Positions 10,472 to 19,944 of a DNA stretch of 64,000 bases are shown here, one piece after another. The position numbers and the translations under genes were made by a program. The stretch lies in assembly GCA_050949565.1 (NCBI GenBank), contig JBMNFY010000017.1, positions 448,001-512,000 of the forward strand, read 5' to 3'. Position 1 is the first letter of the stretch; each line of letters opens with the position of its first letter. The notes below the pieces were generated by a model, which did not search any database, was not told the DNA's origin, and saw only the letters and a program-made list of their open reading frames with translations. Origin of the DNA: Kiritimatiellia bacterium (GTDB taxonomy: Bacteria > Verrucomicrobiota > Kiritimatiellia > RFP12 > UBA1067).

Positions 10472-10791
10472 ATTAGTTCATTAGTGCATTAGTTTGTCTG
10501 GGGACGCGTTGCCCCCAAAAACCTTGGCCTTCGCGTAAAACAACCGAGCAGTGCTCATCATCGGGCGTGCGAAGCGCAGGGAGGGGCAAGCGTCTGCTTG
10601 CCCGCGGACGAGCGACGCTCGTCCCTCCCATCCTTCCGCGCAGCGGAAGGCGGCTCGTGGGGACACTCGCCCGCCAGCCTTCGCGCCTTCGCGTGAGATG
10701 GCCAAACTGAGCCCTGACCCCAAAAAAACTCTGCGTAATCTGTGTCCATCTGTGGATAAAAACTCATGCACTAACGCACTAATGAACTAAT
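10472..10791. repeat. About 320-bp MITE-like composite repeat with 22-bp terminal inverted repeats, copy 1
   Basis: Left ATTAGTTCATTAGTGCATTAGT and right ACTAACGCACTAATGAACTAAT (21/22 complementary). A near-identical copy is at 14770-15086. Confidence 0.75.
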
Positions 10792-10801
10792 CAACTTCCC
10801 C

Positions 10802-12166
10802 TCACCTCTCCAGCTTCCACCCGTTATGCATCGGGCGCGTCAGCATGGCGTTGGCAAGGTCATTGCCCACGAAGCGCTCTGTCTTCCAATCCCACTTGAG
10901 CTTCTGTTGCAAGCGCGCGGCAATGCCCGAGATCATACCCAGCGTCGAAGCCACGTGCGTCGCGTCGATACCCGCGATCGTCTCCTTGCGGCTGCGCACG
11001 GCATCCAACAGTCCGCCCCAATGATCGATTCTCTTGTAGGCGACGCGCTCACCGTCCTTGGTCTTGAGGGTCGTGACGTCGTCTATCTTACAGTCCGGCG
11101 GCAACAGGCGCCTGTCCCCATCTTTCGGGCGGATTTTCAGAAGATCCGCAGACGATGCGGTGATCTGGTCGTCGCGATTGACATGAACCCAGCCCTTCTC
11201 ACCGATGAATTTCGTGCCGCGTGGCTGCTGTCGGTCATCGGAGAACACCATGCGGAGACCGCTGGCGAAGGTGAAGACTGCCTTCCACGTCTCGATGTTA
11301 TCCGCAAAGCCCTTGTTCGTATAGTAGGTGCCGCTGCACTCTACTTCGAACGACTCCGTGCCGAGCGCGGGCACGCCCCAGTGCGCGATATCAAGGTGAT
11401 GCACGCCCCAGTTCGTGGTCCAGCCCTCGCAGTAGTCGTTGAGCAGGTACCAGTCCGGATAGGCCACGCGGCCGGGGTTGAACGGGCTGAAACGCGCCGG
11501 TCCCAGCCACATCGCCCAGTTAAAGCCCTCGGGCACCGGTTGCGGATCATAAGGCCCCTTGTACTTGGGCTGGAAGTGCGGCCCTTCCACCGCGACCTGG
11601 ACTTCGGTGATCTTCCCGAGGTAGCCGTTCAACGCCAGTTCCGCGCCCTGGCGGAAATTACCCAGCGAGCGCTGCCACATGCCCGACTGGAACACGCGCT
11701 TGTTCTTGCGGATCGCCGCACGGATGGCGAAACCGTCGTTGACGCACACGCCCGTCGGCTTTTCGCAGAACATATCCTTGCCGGCGTTGGCGGCCGCAGT
11801 GGCAATCAGCGAATGCCAATGGTCCTGCGCGGCAATCATGACAACGTCGATGTCCTTGCGCGCCAACAACTCGCGATAATCACCGATCATGGCGCATCCC
11901 TGATCGCCGTATTTCTGATCGACGAGCCCCTTGGCTTTCTCCATGCGGGCGCGCTGCGCGTCGCACACCGCCACCACCCGACAGGCATTGGTGCCCATGA
12001 AGTTGCGCATGTTCAACGTACCACGATCACCCACGCCGATGCACCCGAGCGCAATCCGATCGTTGGCACCAAAGGCCGTGGAGGGAATCAGCGACGGGAA
12101 ACTGATCGCCGCTGCCGCCACCGAGGCGCGTGTAAGAAACTCTCTTCTGCTGATAGCCATATTCAC
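10802..12166 (-). CDS. Gfo/Idh/MocA family oxidoreductase with Tat signal
   Basis: SRREFL Tat motif, GCIGVGDRG Rossmann motif, DHWH, CEKP, WGVHHLDI. Confidence 0.92.
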   Translation of the reverse strand: MNMAISRREFLTRASVAAAAISFPSLIPSTAFGANDRIALGCIGVGDRGTLNMRNFMGTNACRVVAVCDAQRARMEKAKGLVDQKYGDQGCAMIGDYRELLARKDIDVVMIAAQDHWHSLIATAAANAGKDMFCEKPTGVCVNDGFAIRAAIRKNKRVFQSGMWQRSLGNFRQGAELALNGYLGKITEVQVAVEGPHFQPKYKGPYDPQPVPEGFNWAMWLGPARFSPFNPGRVAYPDWYLLNDYCEGWTTNWGVHHLDIAHWGVPALGTESFEVECSGTYYTNKGFADNIETWKAVFTFASGLRMVFSDDRQQPRGTKFIGEKGWVHVNRDDQITASSADLLKIRPKDGDRRLLPPDCKIDDVTTLKTKDGERVAYKRIDHWGGLLDAVRSRKETIAGIDATHVASTLGMISGIAARLQQKLKWDWKTERFVGNDLANAMLTRPMHNGWKLER

Positions 12167-12179
12167 TCCTTTTTCTTGA

Positions 12180-13004
12180 TTAACGATGCTTCCGGATCAC
12201 GTCGAGACACGCCTTCACGTCCTGCTCGACCTGCCCGGACACCACATCAAATTCGACACCGACATGGCCCTTGAAGCCCTGCCGTTTCAACTCCGCCATC
12301 ACGGCCGGGATGTCACCGACCCCTTGGCCGAACACCACATCCGGGCTGCCATAGACCGCCTCTTTCACATCCTTGAGGTGCATGGACAGCACGCGCCCTT
12401 CGAGCACGCGCAGGTAGGCGACCGGATCCATGCCCGAACGGTAGATGTGCCCAGTATCCACCGAAAAACCCATACGCGGATCGCGATCTTTCATCAATCC
12501 CATCAAGTACTCCGGATCCCAATTCCGATACGCCGGCTTGTCTTTGTTTTTGGCGTGATTATGGAAACAAAGCTGCACGCCGGTCTCCTTCACCATGCGC
12601 TCGACACGATCCAGCGCATCCACCGGCGGCTCACCCGTCAATCCTCTGAGCCCCAACTTCTGCGCGAACGTAAAGAGCTTACGCGTCTCCTCTTCCGTCT
12701 TGCCGAAATCCGCGACGTAGGCATTGACGGCCTTGATCCCGACCGCATCCAGTTTGGCTTTGAGCGCCGCGATGTGTGCGTCCGACAAATGCTGGTTGAG
12801 CGTCACGTTCGGATGTTCTGGACTCAATTTCTGCCAGAAGAACAACTCGATCACATCGGCGCCGCACGCCTTCGCTTTTTCGATCGCCTCGAAGGCTGTC
12901 ACCTTACGAAACGAATACGCACACACGCCGACTTCCATCTGCGCGGCCAGAACCGCACCGGCCATCATCGCAACGGCCGCAGTTATAACTCGCTGTTTCG
13001 TCAT
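12180..13004 (-). CDS. Sugar phosphate isomerase/epimerase (xylose-isomerase-like TIM barrel), with signal peptide
   Basis: FHNH, DTGH, HLKD and VEFD metal-binding pattern. Confidence 0.88.
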   Translation of the reverse strand: MTKQRVITAAVAMMAGAVLAAQMEVGVCAYSFRKVTAFEAIEKAKACGADVIELFFWQKLSPEHPNVTLNQHLSDAHIAALKAKLDAVGIKAVNAYVADFGKTEEETRKLFTFAQKLGLRGLTGEPPVDALDRVERMVKETGVQLCFHNHAKNKDKPAYRNWDPEYLMGLMKDRDPRMGFSVDTGHIYRSGMDPVAYLRVLEGRVLSMHLKDVKEAVYGSPDVVFGQGVGDIPAVMAELKRQGFKGHVGVEFDVVSGQVEQDVKACLDVIRKHR

Positions 13005-13044
13005 CTTTTCTCCTTGCTTAGGTCTTACCGATAAAAAACAAGTT

Positions 13045-13268
13045 GTTTATCACACGAAGGCACAAAGGGCACTAAGGTTTTTTGGGGGTATGGCTCGGCT
13101 TTTTGGAACCGCCAAGGCGCCAAGAACGCTAAGGCGAGTCCCTGATTTTCATGAAGTTTCATGTGTTTCATGGTTCGGGTTTTCTCTCACAGAGGCACAG
13201 AGAACACGGAGGTTTTGGATGGTAGCAAACTAATGCACTAATTAACTAATGAACTTTGCCCGCGTTAG
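13045..13268. repeat. Modular intergenic repeat mosaic; contains a reverse-strand relative of the 120-bp array unit
   Basis: GATTTTCATGAAGTTTCATGTGTTTCATGGTTCGGG is the exact reverse complement of the array core. Also holds CACGAAGGCACAAAGGGCACTAAG and CGCCAAGGCGCCAAGAACGCTAAG triplets and a solo ACTAATGCACTAAT motif. Confidence 0.85.
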
Positions 13269-14720
13269 TCACTTGGAAAAAAGCTGGCGGATCACATCGA
13301 CGGTCCGCTCAACCAGCATCTGTCCGCCCTCCGGCCCCACCTCGCACGATTGCGGAACCGCACTGTACCCGCCACCCGCCAGCGCACGCGGTGTCGCCAG
13401 ATAAGAGGAGCGGGCGATCGAGCTGGCCAGTTGCACAAGCACCGTCTGCTGTGCCGGACTGCGTCCCTGAATCTGTATGCCGTAATCGGTGAACAGCTCA
13501 AACGGGTTGGTTGCGAACGCGACATCCCCCAGCCGCAACACATGCATCTCGACCGGATAGAACGTGGGGCCGTTGCGTTGCGCCTCAAACCGCTTGACCA
13601 CCCGCTCGTTCCAGCGCTTGTTCCAATAGTCCGGCCCCTTCAACTCTTTCTTCGCGTTCAGAGCATCGTACTCCCGCTTCGCTTTAAGATACTCCGCCTC
13701 CGGCAACTTAAGCTCGGGCAAATCGAAGCGCTCCACACGATGGGCGAAGGGGACGTCGGTACGGATATCCACCTTCACCGTCTCCCAGGTATCCTCAACC
13801 GCAGCGACGATACGCCTGCCCATCTCCTGCGTGCGCGACAGCTTGCGCAGCTTGTCCATGCGCGTCTCGGCGGCGTGACGCACCATCAGGTGCGGCGACT
13901 GGTCGCCCGACGGTGCCACAAAGCCTAAAACAACCACCTTTTCGCCATGCTTGGCTTTCAATCCTTGACGCACATCGTGCCAAAAATCGGCGCTGATACG
14001 CTGACCGCAAGGACCGCGCTCGTCGGTCTGCGCCGGGCACGGCACCGTCACCGCTATCGCTTTCATCGCTCCTGCCTCGTCCAAGAAAAACAGCGAGTCC
14101 ACGGCATGATCCGAATAGCCTTCCAGCCCCCGGCATTCCGCGCGGTCGGTTCTGCCGTACATCTCGGCCGACCCGTTCGCATACACCGCCCGGCGATTCT
14201 GCGCAACCATCGCGTATCCCAGTCCCCACGCCAAACTCCCGCGTTGCCGCGATTCCCAAGCGCGCACCACCGCATCCGCCATCCGTTCGAACATAAACGG
14301 CACGTATTCGTCTGGCTGCATCGCGCCTTCATACGAATCGTAATTCGCCTGATCCAGCGCGGGGCCTTTGTGGGTGTGTGTCGCGGTCAGAATCAGTTTG
14401 TTGATGTCAAAGCCCTTCAGCCGCGGCGCGACCAACTCGCGGAAACGCGCCTGAATGCCGGTACGGATCGAACACACGTCACACGCGACCAAGATGGCGG
14501 CGTCAATCGCCCGGTCGCCCTCGCGCGCTTCAATCGCCAGCACATTCGCGCTGATCCGACTGTTCACCCCGCGCGAGATCGGGCCGGTGCGCCCCCCCGT
14601 CAGCGCCACCGGCTGATCCGGCGTGATATCCGCCTCCGCCGCACCGACCCATAACTCAGCGGCCATTCCCGCCTTAATGATTCCCGCCGCCAGCGCAACA
14701 AAAGTGATCCATCTCTTCAT
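13269..14720 (-). CDS. Secreted ceramidase-like putative amidohydrolase, paralog 3
   Basis: Same motif set. N-terminus is nearly identical to paralog 2. Confidence 0.85.
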   Translation of the reverse strand: MKRWITFVALAAGIIKAGMAAELWVGAAEADITPDQPVALTGGRTGPISRGVNSRISANVLAIEAREGDRAIDAAILVACDVCSIRTGIQARFRELVAPRLKGFDINKLILTATHTHKGPALDQANYDSYEGAMQPDEYVPFMFERMADAVVRAWESRQRGSLAWGLGYAMVAQNRRAVYANGSAEMYGRTDRAECRGLEGYSDHAVDSLFFLDEAGAMKAIAVTVPCPAQTDERGPCGQRISADFWHDVRQGLKAKHGEKVVVLGFVAPSGDQSPHLMVRHAAETRMDKLRKLSRTQEMGRRIVAAVEDTWETVKVDIRTDVPFAHRVERFDLPELKLPEAEYLKAKREYDALNAKKELKGPDYWNKRWNERVVKRFEAQRNGPTFYPVEMHVLRLGDVAFATNPFELFTDYGIQIQGRSPAQQTVLVQLASSIARSSYLATPRALAGGGYSAVPQSCEVGPEGGQMLVERTVDVIRQLFSK

Positions 14721-14769
14721 GGCTACCTCCTCAAAAAACCAACGCGGGCGCAGCCCGCGACCCAGTTTA

Positions 14770-15086
14770 ATTAGTTCATTAGTGCATTAGTTTGTCAGGG
14801 ACGCGTTGCCCCAAAAAACCTTGGCCTTCGCGTAAAACAACCGAGCAGTGCTCATCATCGGGCGTGCGAAGCGCAGGGAGGGGCAAGCGTCTGCTTGCCC
14901 GCGGACGAGCGACGCTCGTCCCTCCCATCCTTCCGCACAGCGGAAGGCGGCTCGTGGGGACACTCGCCCTCCATCCTTCGCGCCTTCGCGTGAGATGGCC
15001 AAACTGAGCCCTGCCCTCAAAAAAACCTCATAATCTGTGTCCATCTGTGGATAAAAACTCATGCACTAACGCACTAATGAACTAAT
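14770..15086. repeat. MITE-like composite repeat, copy 2
   Basis: Near-identical to 10472-10791, including the terminal inverted repeats. Confidence 0.75.
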
Positions 15087-15096
15087 CAACTTCCCC

Positions 15097-16461
15097 TCAC
15101 CCCTCCAGCTTCCACCCGTTGTGCATCGGGCGCGTCAGCATGGCATTGGCAAGGTCATTGCCCACGAAGCGCTCCGTCTTCCAGTCCCACTTGAGCTTGC
15201 ACTGCAAACGCGCCGCGATGCCCGCGATCATGCCCAGCGTCGATGCCACATGCGTCGCTTCAAAGCCGGCGATCGGCTCATTGCGGCTGCGCATGCCGTT
15301 CAGCAACCCTTCGGCGTGGTTCACATTCTTGTACCCGACTCGCTCGCCATCCTTGGTCTTGATCGTGGTGACGTCATCAAAGGACATGCTGTCGGTCGGC
15401 AACAGGCGCGTGTCGCCCGCCTTGGGCCGCACCTGCAGCAGCTCGCCCGATGCCTCAATCCTGTCGCCGCGATCCACATACACCCAGCCGTTCTCACCGA
15501 TGAACTTCGTGCCGCATGCCTGATGCGTGGCATCCGTGAACACCATCTTCAAACCGTTCTCGTAAGTAAAGGTCGACTTCCAAGTCGCGATGTTGTCGCC
15601 GAACCCCTGATTGACGTAGTAGGTACCGTTGCACTCGACCTCAAACGACCCCTTGCCGAGTTGCGGGCAGCCCCAATGCGCGATATCGAGGTGATGCACG
15701 CCCCAGTTGGTGGTCCACCCCTCGCAATAGTCATTGTGCAGATACCAGTCGGGATACGTGATCCGAGCCTGATTGAACGGGCTGAAGCGCGCGGGACCGA
15801 GCCACATGGCCCAGTCGAAACCGTCCGGTACCGGCTGCGGCTCAAACGGCCCCTTGTACTTGGGCTGAAAACTCTTCCCGGCGGGCACCGCCACCTGAAC
15901 CTCGGTGATCTTGCCGATGTAGCCGTTCAACGCCAACTCGCATCCCTGCCTGAAGTTACCGAGCGAACGCTGCCACATGCCCGACTGGAACACGCGCTTG
16001 TTTTTGCGCAGCGCCGCACGGATGGCGAACCCGTCGTTCACGCACACGCCGGTCGGCTTCTCGCAGTACATGTCCTTACCGGCGTTGGCGGCAGCGGTGG
16101 CGATCAACGAGTGCCAGTGATCCTGCGCAGCAATCATCACTGCGTCGATGTCTTTGCGTGCCAGCAGCTCGCGGAAATCGTTGTACATGGCGCAGCCGGT
16201 GTCACCGTACTTCTCATCCACCGTTTTCTTAGCACGTTCGCGCCTGTCGCGCTGCACGTCGCAGACCGCAACCACGCGGCAGTTGCCAGCAGCCAAGAAG
16301 TTGCGCATGTTGCCGGTGCCCATGCCGCCCACGCCGATGCACCCGAGCGCGATCCGCTCGTTGGCGCCGAAGGCTGTCGCCGGAATGATCGTCGGCGCAG
16401 CGAGTACCGCCGCACCCCAAGCCGCTCCCTTAAGAAACGTCCGTCTGTCAAGCTTCTGCAT
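15097..16461 (-). CDS. Gfo/Idh/MocA family oxidoreductase with Tat signal (paralog of 10802-12166)
   Basis: DRRTFLK Tat motif, GCIGVGGMG, CEKP. The C-terminal KLKWDWKTERFVGNDLANAMLTRPMHNGWKLE is identical to the paralog. Confidence 0.92.
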   Translation of the reverse strand: MQKLDRRTFLKGAAWGAAVLAAPTIIPATAFGANERIALGCIGVGGMGTGNMRNFLAAGNCRVVAVCDVQRDRRERAKKTVDEKYGDTGCAMYNDFRELLARKDIDAVMIAAQDHWHSLIATAAANAGKDMYCEKPTGVCVNDGFAIRAALRKNKRVFQSGMWQRSLGNFRQGCELALNGYIGKITEVQVAVPAGKSFQPKYKGPFEPQPVPDGFDWAMWLGPARFSPFNQARITYPDWYLHNDYCEGWTTNWGVHHLDIAHWGCPQLGKGSFEVECNGTYYVNQGFGDNIATWKSTFTYENGLKMVFTDATHQACGTKFIGENGWVYVDRGDRIEASGELLQVRPKAGDTRLLPTDSMSFDDVTTIKTKDGERVGYKNVNHAEGLLNGMRSRNEPIAGFEATHVASTLGMIAGIAARLQCKLKWDWKTERFVGNDLANAMLTRPMHNGWKLEG

Positions 16462-16497
16462 GATTCTTTGCCCTTCCTTTGTTTACTCTGTCACCAA

Positions 16498-17427
16498 TTA
16501 GTCGAGCCGCGCACCGCGCGACGCGAGTCTATCAAACCTGAAGTGTGAACCGCCGGTTGCCCAAGCGATCCCACGCAACACCACAAGCCGGAACCAGGGA
16601 TCATCGAACGTGGCCGTCCGATGCCCCGGCACACAGCCGAAAACACGTCCCCGCCCGGTCTCATAACACCAGAAGACCGGTTGCGGCTGGCGGGCGGCGG
16701 TGTCCTTGTCGTTTTCATCCGAAACGGCCAGTACCGTCACCCCTTCGCGGGCCGCCGGAAACAACGGCGGCCAGTAAATCTCATCATCCCATCGCAACAC
16801 AGCCGGCAGGTTACGGCAAACCGGATGCTCCTTGGCCACGACACGCGCGTTGATCACGCCGTGCCGATAGTGCGTGAAGCCGCCCACGCCCAACAATTCG
16901 GCCACCGCCGGATCGGCCTTCGGCTGGGTCCACGTGGCTGAGTGTATCACAACCAGCCCGCCGCCGCGAGCGAGGTACGCGCCCACCTGCTTTTTACGCG
17001 CGTCGTTCCACGGCAGATAACAGAAGACCACGATCGCATCCGCCGTCGCGAACTGCTGATCCGTCGGCCAGCCCGTCGCGCACTCAACCGAGACCCCCGG
17101 CGCGCCCTCCTCCAATGCGGCGTCCGCGATCGCCGGACCGTGAAGATTGATCTGGACGGCATCGGAGGCGGCACGTCCACCGAGCAACAACGCCCAGCGC
17201 TCCTGCCACAGCGGATAGTCATGCAGCCCGTTGCCGACCGGACCGTGATCCTTCTTGTCCGCCATTAACACGATACGCAATGGAGGTGCCGGTTCAGGCG
17301 CGCGCTCCTTCACGAACGCAGCCTCGAACGCAGTGCGCGCCACCGTGTCACCGAGCGCACCCGCGGCCAGCATCACCGCCAACACCGCCCAAACACCCTG
17401 TCTCTGAAGACCACGCGCCATCGTCAC
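16498..17427 (-). CDS. ThuA-domain (trehalose-utilization-like, class I GATase fold) protein
   Basis: GGGLVVIHSA, DEIY, GRGRVFGCVPGH and RGIAWA motifs; signal peptide. Confidence 0.8.
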   Translation of the reverse strand: MTMARGLQRQGVWAVLAVMLAAGALGDTVARTAFEAAFVKERAPEPAPPLRIVLMADKKDHGPVGNGLHDYPLWQERWALLLGGRAASDAVQINLHGPAIADAALEEGAPGVSVECATGWPTDQQFATADAIVVFCYLPWNDARKKQVGAYLARGGGLVVIHSATWTQPKADPAVAELLGVGGFTHYRHGVINARVVAKEHPVCRNLPAVLRWDDEIYWPPLFPAAREGVTVLAVSDENDKDTAARQPQPVFWCYETGRGRVFGCVPGHRTATFDDPWFRLVVLRGIAWATGGSHFRFDRLASRGARLD

Positions 17428-18869
17428 TTTTTCCCAAACACGTTCCGGATCGCTGCGAGCGTCCGCTCCACAAAGATTTTACCGCCCTCATGCCCGACCG
17501 GGCAGCTTTCGACCAAGGCGCTGTAGCCACCCGCCTTCTCCGCATCGCGCGTGGCCAGGTAACCGCCGCACTCCAGCGGGCTTGAGAATGAGACCAATAC
17601 CGTCTGCCCGGCGATGCTGCGGCTCTGAATGCGCGCGCCATATTCGGGGTAGAGCTCAAAAGGATGGGTGGCGATCACAACATCCCCGAGGCGGATGACA
17701 TGCATCTCGACCGTGAACACCGGATCGGCACGCTGCTGCGCCTCATAGCGCGCCAGCGTCTTTGCGAACCGGCGTTTCTCCCAGTAGTCGCCCCCCACGA
17801 GCTTCTTTTTCGCGACCAATTCATCATGCCTTTTTTTCGCCGCACGATACTCATTTTCAGTCACCTTGCGTCCCGGCAGGTCAAAACTCTCCACACGGTG
17901 CAAAAAAGCAATATCCGACCGCACGTCTTTGGTCGCGAAACGCCACACTTCATCTACTGCCCGCGCGATCCGTCCCCCGAGATCTTGTGGCCGCGAAACG
18001 CCTTTCAGTTTCAACATGCGATCCTCTGCGGTCCTGCGTAACATAGCGCGCGGAATCTGATTCCCTGAGGGCGCGATAAAACCCAGCACAACCACGCCCT
18101 GACCGTGCTGGTGGCGCACCCCCTCCCGCACCCAGTGCCAGTAGTCGGCAGCGATTTGGCGTCCGTCTTCACATTGTGCCGTCGCCGGCACCGCCAGAAC
18201 GACCGCCTTCATTTTCTTGTCGGTGTCCAAAAAGAAAAGGGCATCCACCGCATGATCGATCCACCCCTCCAGATGACTGAAATCGGCACGCCTCGTATCG
18301 CCGTACATCACGGCTGAACCGTCTTCGTACACGACACGCCGCCCCTGCGCGACCACAGCATGTCCAAGTCCCCAAGCGAACGTTCCGGGTTGACGTTCTT
18401 GCCACGCCTTGACCACGGCCTCCGTCAGGCGTTCGAAGAGAAAGGACACATACTCCTTCGGTTGCATGGCATCGCCGTAATCGTCATACTCTTCTTGATC
18501 AGTAACCGGGGCGCAGTGCGTATGTGTCGCGGCCAGAAAAAGTTTACGCGTATCAAACCCCGGCAGATGCGTCGCCACATGGTTACGGAAAGCGACCTGC
18601 ACGCCCGGTCTGATCCGGACCAAATCACATACGATCAGAATCGCGGCATCCATCGGCTTGCCCTGCTCGCGCGCTTCCAGAGCCAGCACCTCCGCCTTGA
18701 TCCGGCTCTTGACTCCCTGTGAGATCGGACCGGTGGTGTTGCCGTCCAAAGCCACCGGACGGTCCGGCGTGATATCAGCCTCCGCCGCGCCTATCCACAG
18801 TTCCGCCGTCCAGCCCGCGACGGCCAGCCCAGATAAGAAAACCCCGACAGCAATGTGTTTGATGCTCAT
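17424..18869 (-). CDS. Secreted ceramidase-like putative amidohydrolase, paralog 4
   Basis: ATHTHCAP, WGLGHAVV, ATHPFELY, AGGYSA. Start MSIKH follows GGAG. Confidence 0.85.
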   Translation of the reverse strand: MSIKHIAVGVFLSGLAVAGWTAELWIGAAEADITPDRPVALDGNTTGPISQGVKSRIKAEVLALEAREQGKPMDAAILIVCDLVRIRPGVQVAFRNHVATHLPGFDTRKLFLAATHTHCAPVTDQEEYDDYGDAMQPKEYVSFLFERLTEAVVKAWQERQPGTFAWGLGHAVVAQGRRVVYEDGSAVMYGDTRRADFSHLEGWIDHAVDALFFLDTDKKMKAVVLAVPATAQCEDGRQIAADYWHWVREGVRHQHGQGVVVLGFIAPSGNQIPRAMLRRTAEDRMLKLKGVSRPQDLGGRIARAVDEVWRFATKDVRSDIAFLHRVESFDLPGRKVTENEYRAAKKRHDELVAKKKLVGGDYWEKRRFAKTLARYEAQQRADPVFTVEMHVIRLGDVVIATHPFELYPEYGARIQSRSIAGQTVLVSFSSPLECGGYLATRDAEKAGGYSALVESCPVGHEGGKIFVERTLAAIRNVFGKK

Positions 18870-18950
18870 CTCTCCGACTCCCGTGATGGTGGCCACTTCG
18901 CGTGGCCACCACCACGTTGATAAGCGCGTCGTTCATCGACGCAACGTTGT

Positions 18951-19778
18951 TTACACCAAATTGCTCAAATGGTCCAAGCTCTTGGACGCCTGATCCGGCG
19001 TACCGCACTCGACCGAAAAGACGATATCGCGCGGGCACTTCTCCTTGACGATCCGGATAATACGCTCCCAGTCCAACACCCCCTCGCCGCAGGCGCAGCC
19101 CACCGGTGTGCCGGTCACCTTGCCACGCTCGGCATCCGAATGCTGGATCGAGATGTCCTTGGCGTGCAGATGCACCAGCCGAGGAGCGACATTCTCCAGC
19201 CAGGCGTACGGGTCCGAACCGGAGAGGTACGCATTGCCGGTGTCCATGTTGATGCCGATCGAGGGCGACTTCACCAAATTGTAAATGCGATCCAAGCCTT
19301 CCGGCGTTTTGGAGTATTGCGAATGCGGCTCCAAACCGATCTTCACGCCACGGCGCTCAGCGATGAAAGCGGCCTCCTGCAACGTGTACCGGATCAGCGT
19401 GAAATCTTCCTCCTCCGTCGTCCACTTGGCCTTCTTGCCCTCGTCGGTGTTGATCACCGGCACACCGATCTCGCCGGCGACGCGGACCGCCATCTTGATG
19501 TACTCGCCGTGCACTTCCGGACGGCACAACGGCCCGTGCGCCTGAAAGCCGGAAATGGTCAGACCCGCCGCGTCACACAGTTCCTTCATGCAGTAGGGGT
19601 CATCGAACATCGAGACCGTGTGAAAATAGCCGGCCATGCACATCAATTCGCGGCCGAAATGCAGCATCGGCTCGATGTACTTGTACCCCATCTCGGCGGT
19701 AGCCTTCACCGCCCAGTCGAACGGTTTGTCGCTACTACGTGAAAACTCCGTATTCAGTCCAATATGAATCCGTGCCAT
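18951..19778 (-). CDS. Sugar phosphate isomerase/epimerase (TIM barrel), cytoplasmic
   Basis: GLEPH, MDTGN, HLHAKD, SVEC; GGAGGAG RBS. Confidence 0.88.
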   Translation of the reverse strand: MARIHIGLNTEFSRSSDKPFDWAVKATAEMGYKYIEPMLHFGRELMCMAGYFHTVSMFDDPYCMKELCDAAGLTISGFQAHGPLCRPEVHGEYIKMAVRVAGEIGVPVINTDEGKKAKWTTEEEDFTLIRYTLQEAAFIAERRGVKIGLEPHSQYSKTPEGLDRIYNLVKSPSIGINMDTGNAYLSGSDPYAWLENVAPRLVHLHAKDISIQHSDAERGKVTGTPVGCACGEGVLDWERIIRIVKEKCPRDIVFSVECGTPDQASKSLDHLSNLV

Positions 19779-19863
19779 CGATGCTCCTCCCGTGTTTGTG
19801 CGAGCTTGCGCCGCGCATTACCGTTTAGCGGTCAAGGCGAACAGTTCACCCCGTACCAATATC

Positions 19864-19935
19864 AAGTATGACATGTCCGCTCCTTGGGCGCCATTGCGTT
19901 TTTGCACAAATTGAGTGTAAAATCAAACAAATTTA
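19864..19935 (-). promoter_or_regulatory. Conserved operator plus -10 element, copy 2
   Basis: ATTGCGTTTTTGCACAAATTGAGTGTAAAATCAAACAAATTTA with a minus-strand CATACT at the same distance as in copy 1. Lies directly downstream of the XylR-like gene. Confidence 0.65.
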
Positions 19936-19944
19936 GCGCCGTCC

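Noticed and set aside
7487-18869. Diversity-generating retroelement or shufflon explaining the paralogs
   Set aside because: No reverse transcriptase or invertase, no adenine-specific TR/VR pair, and all copies are co-oriented.
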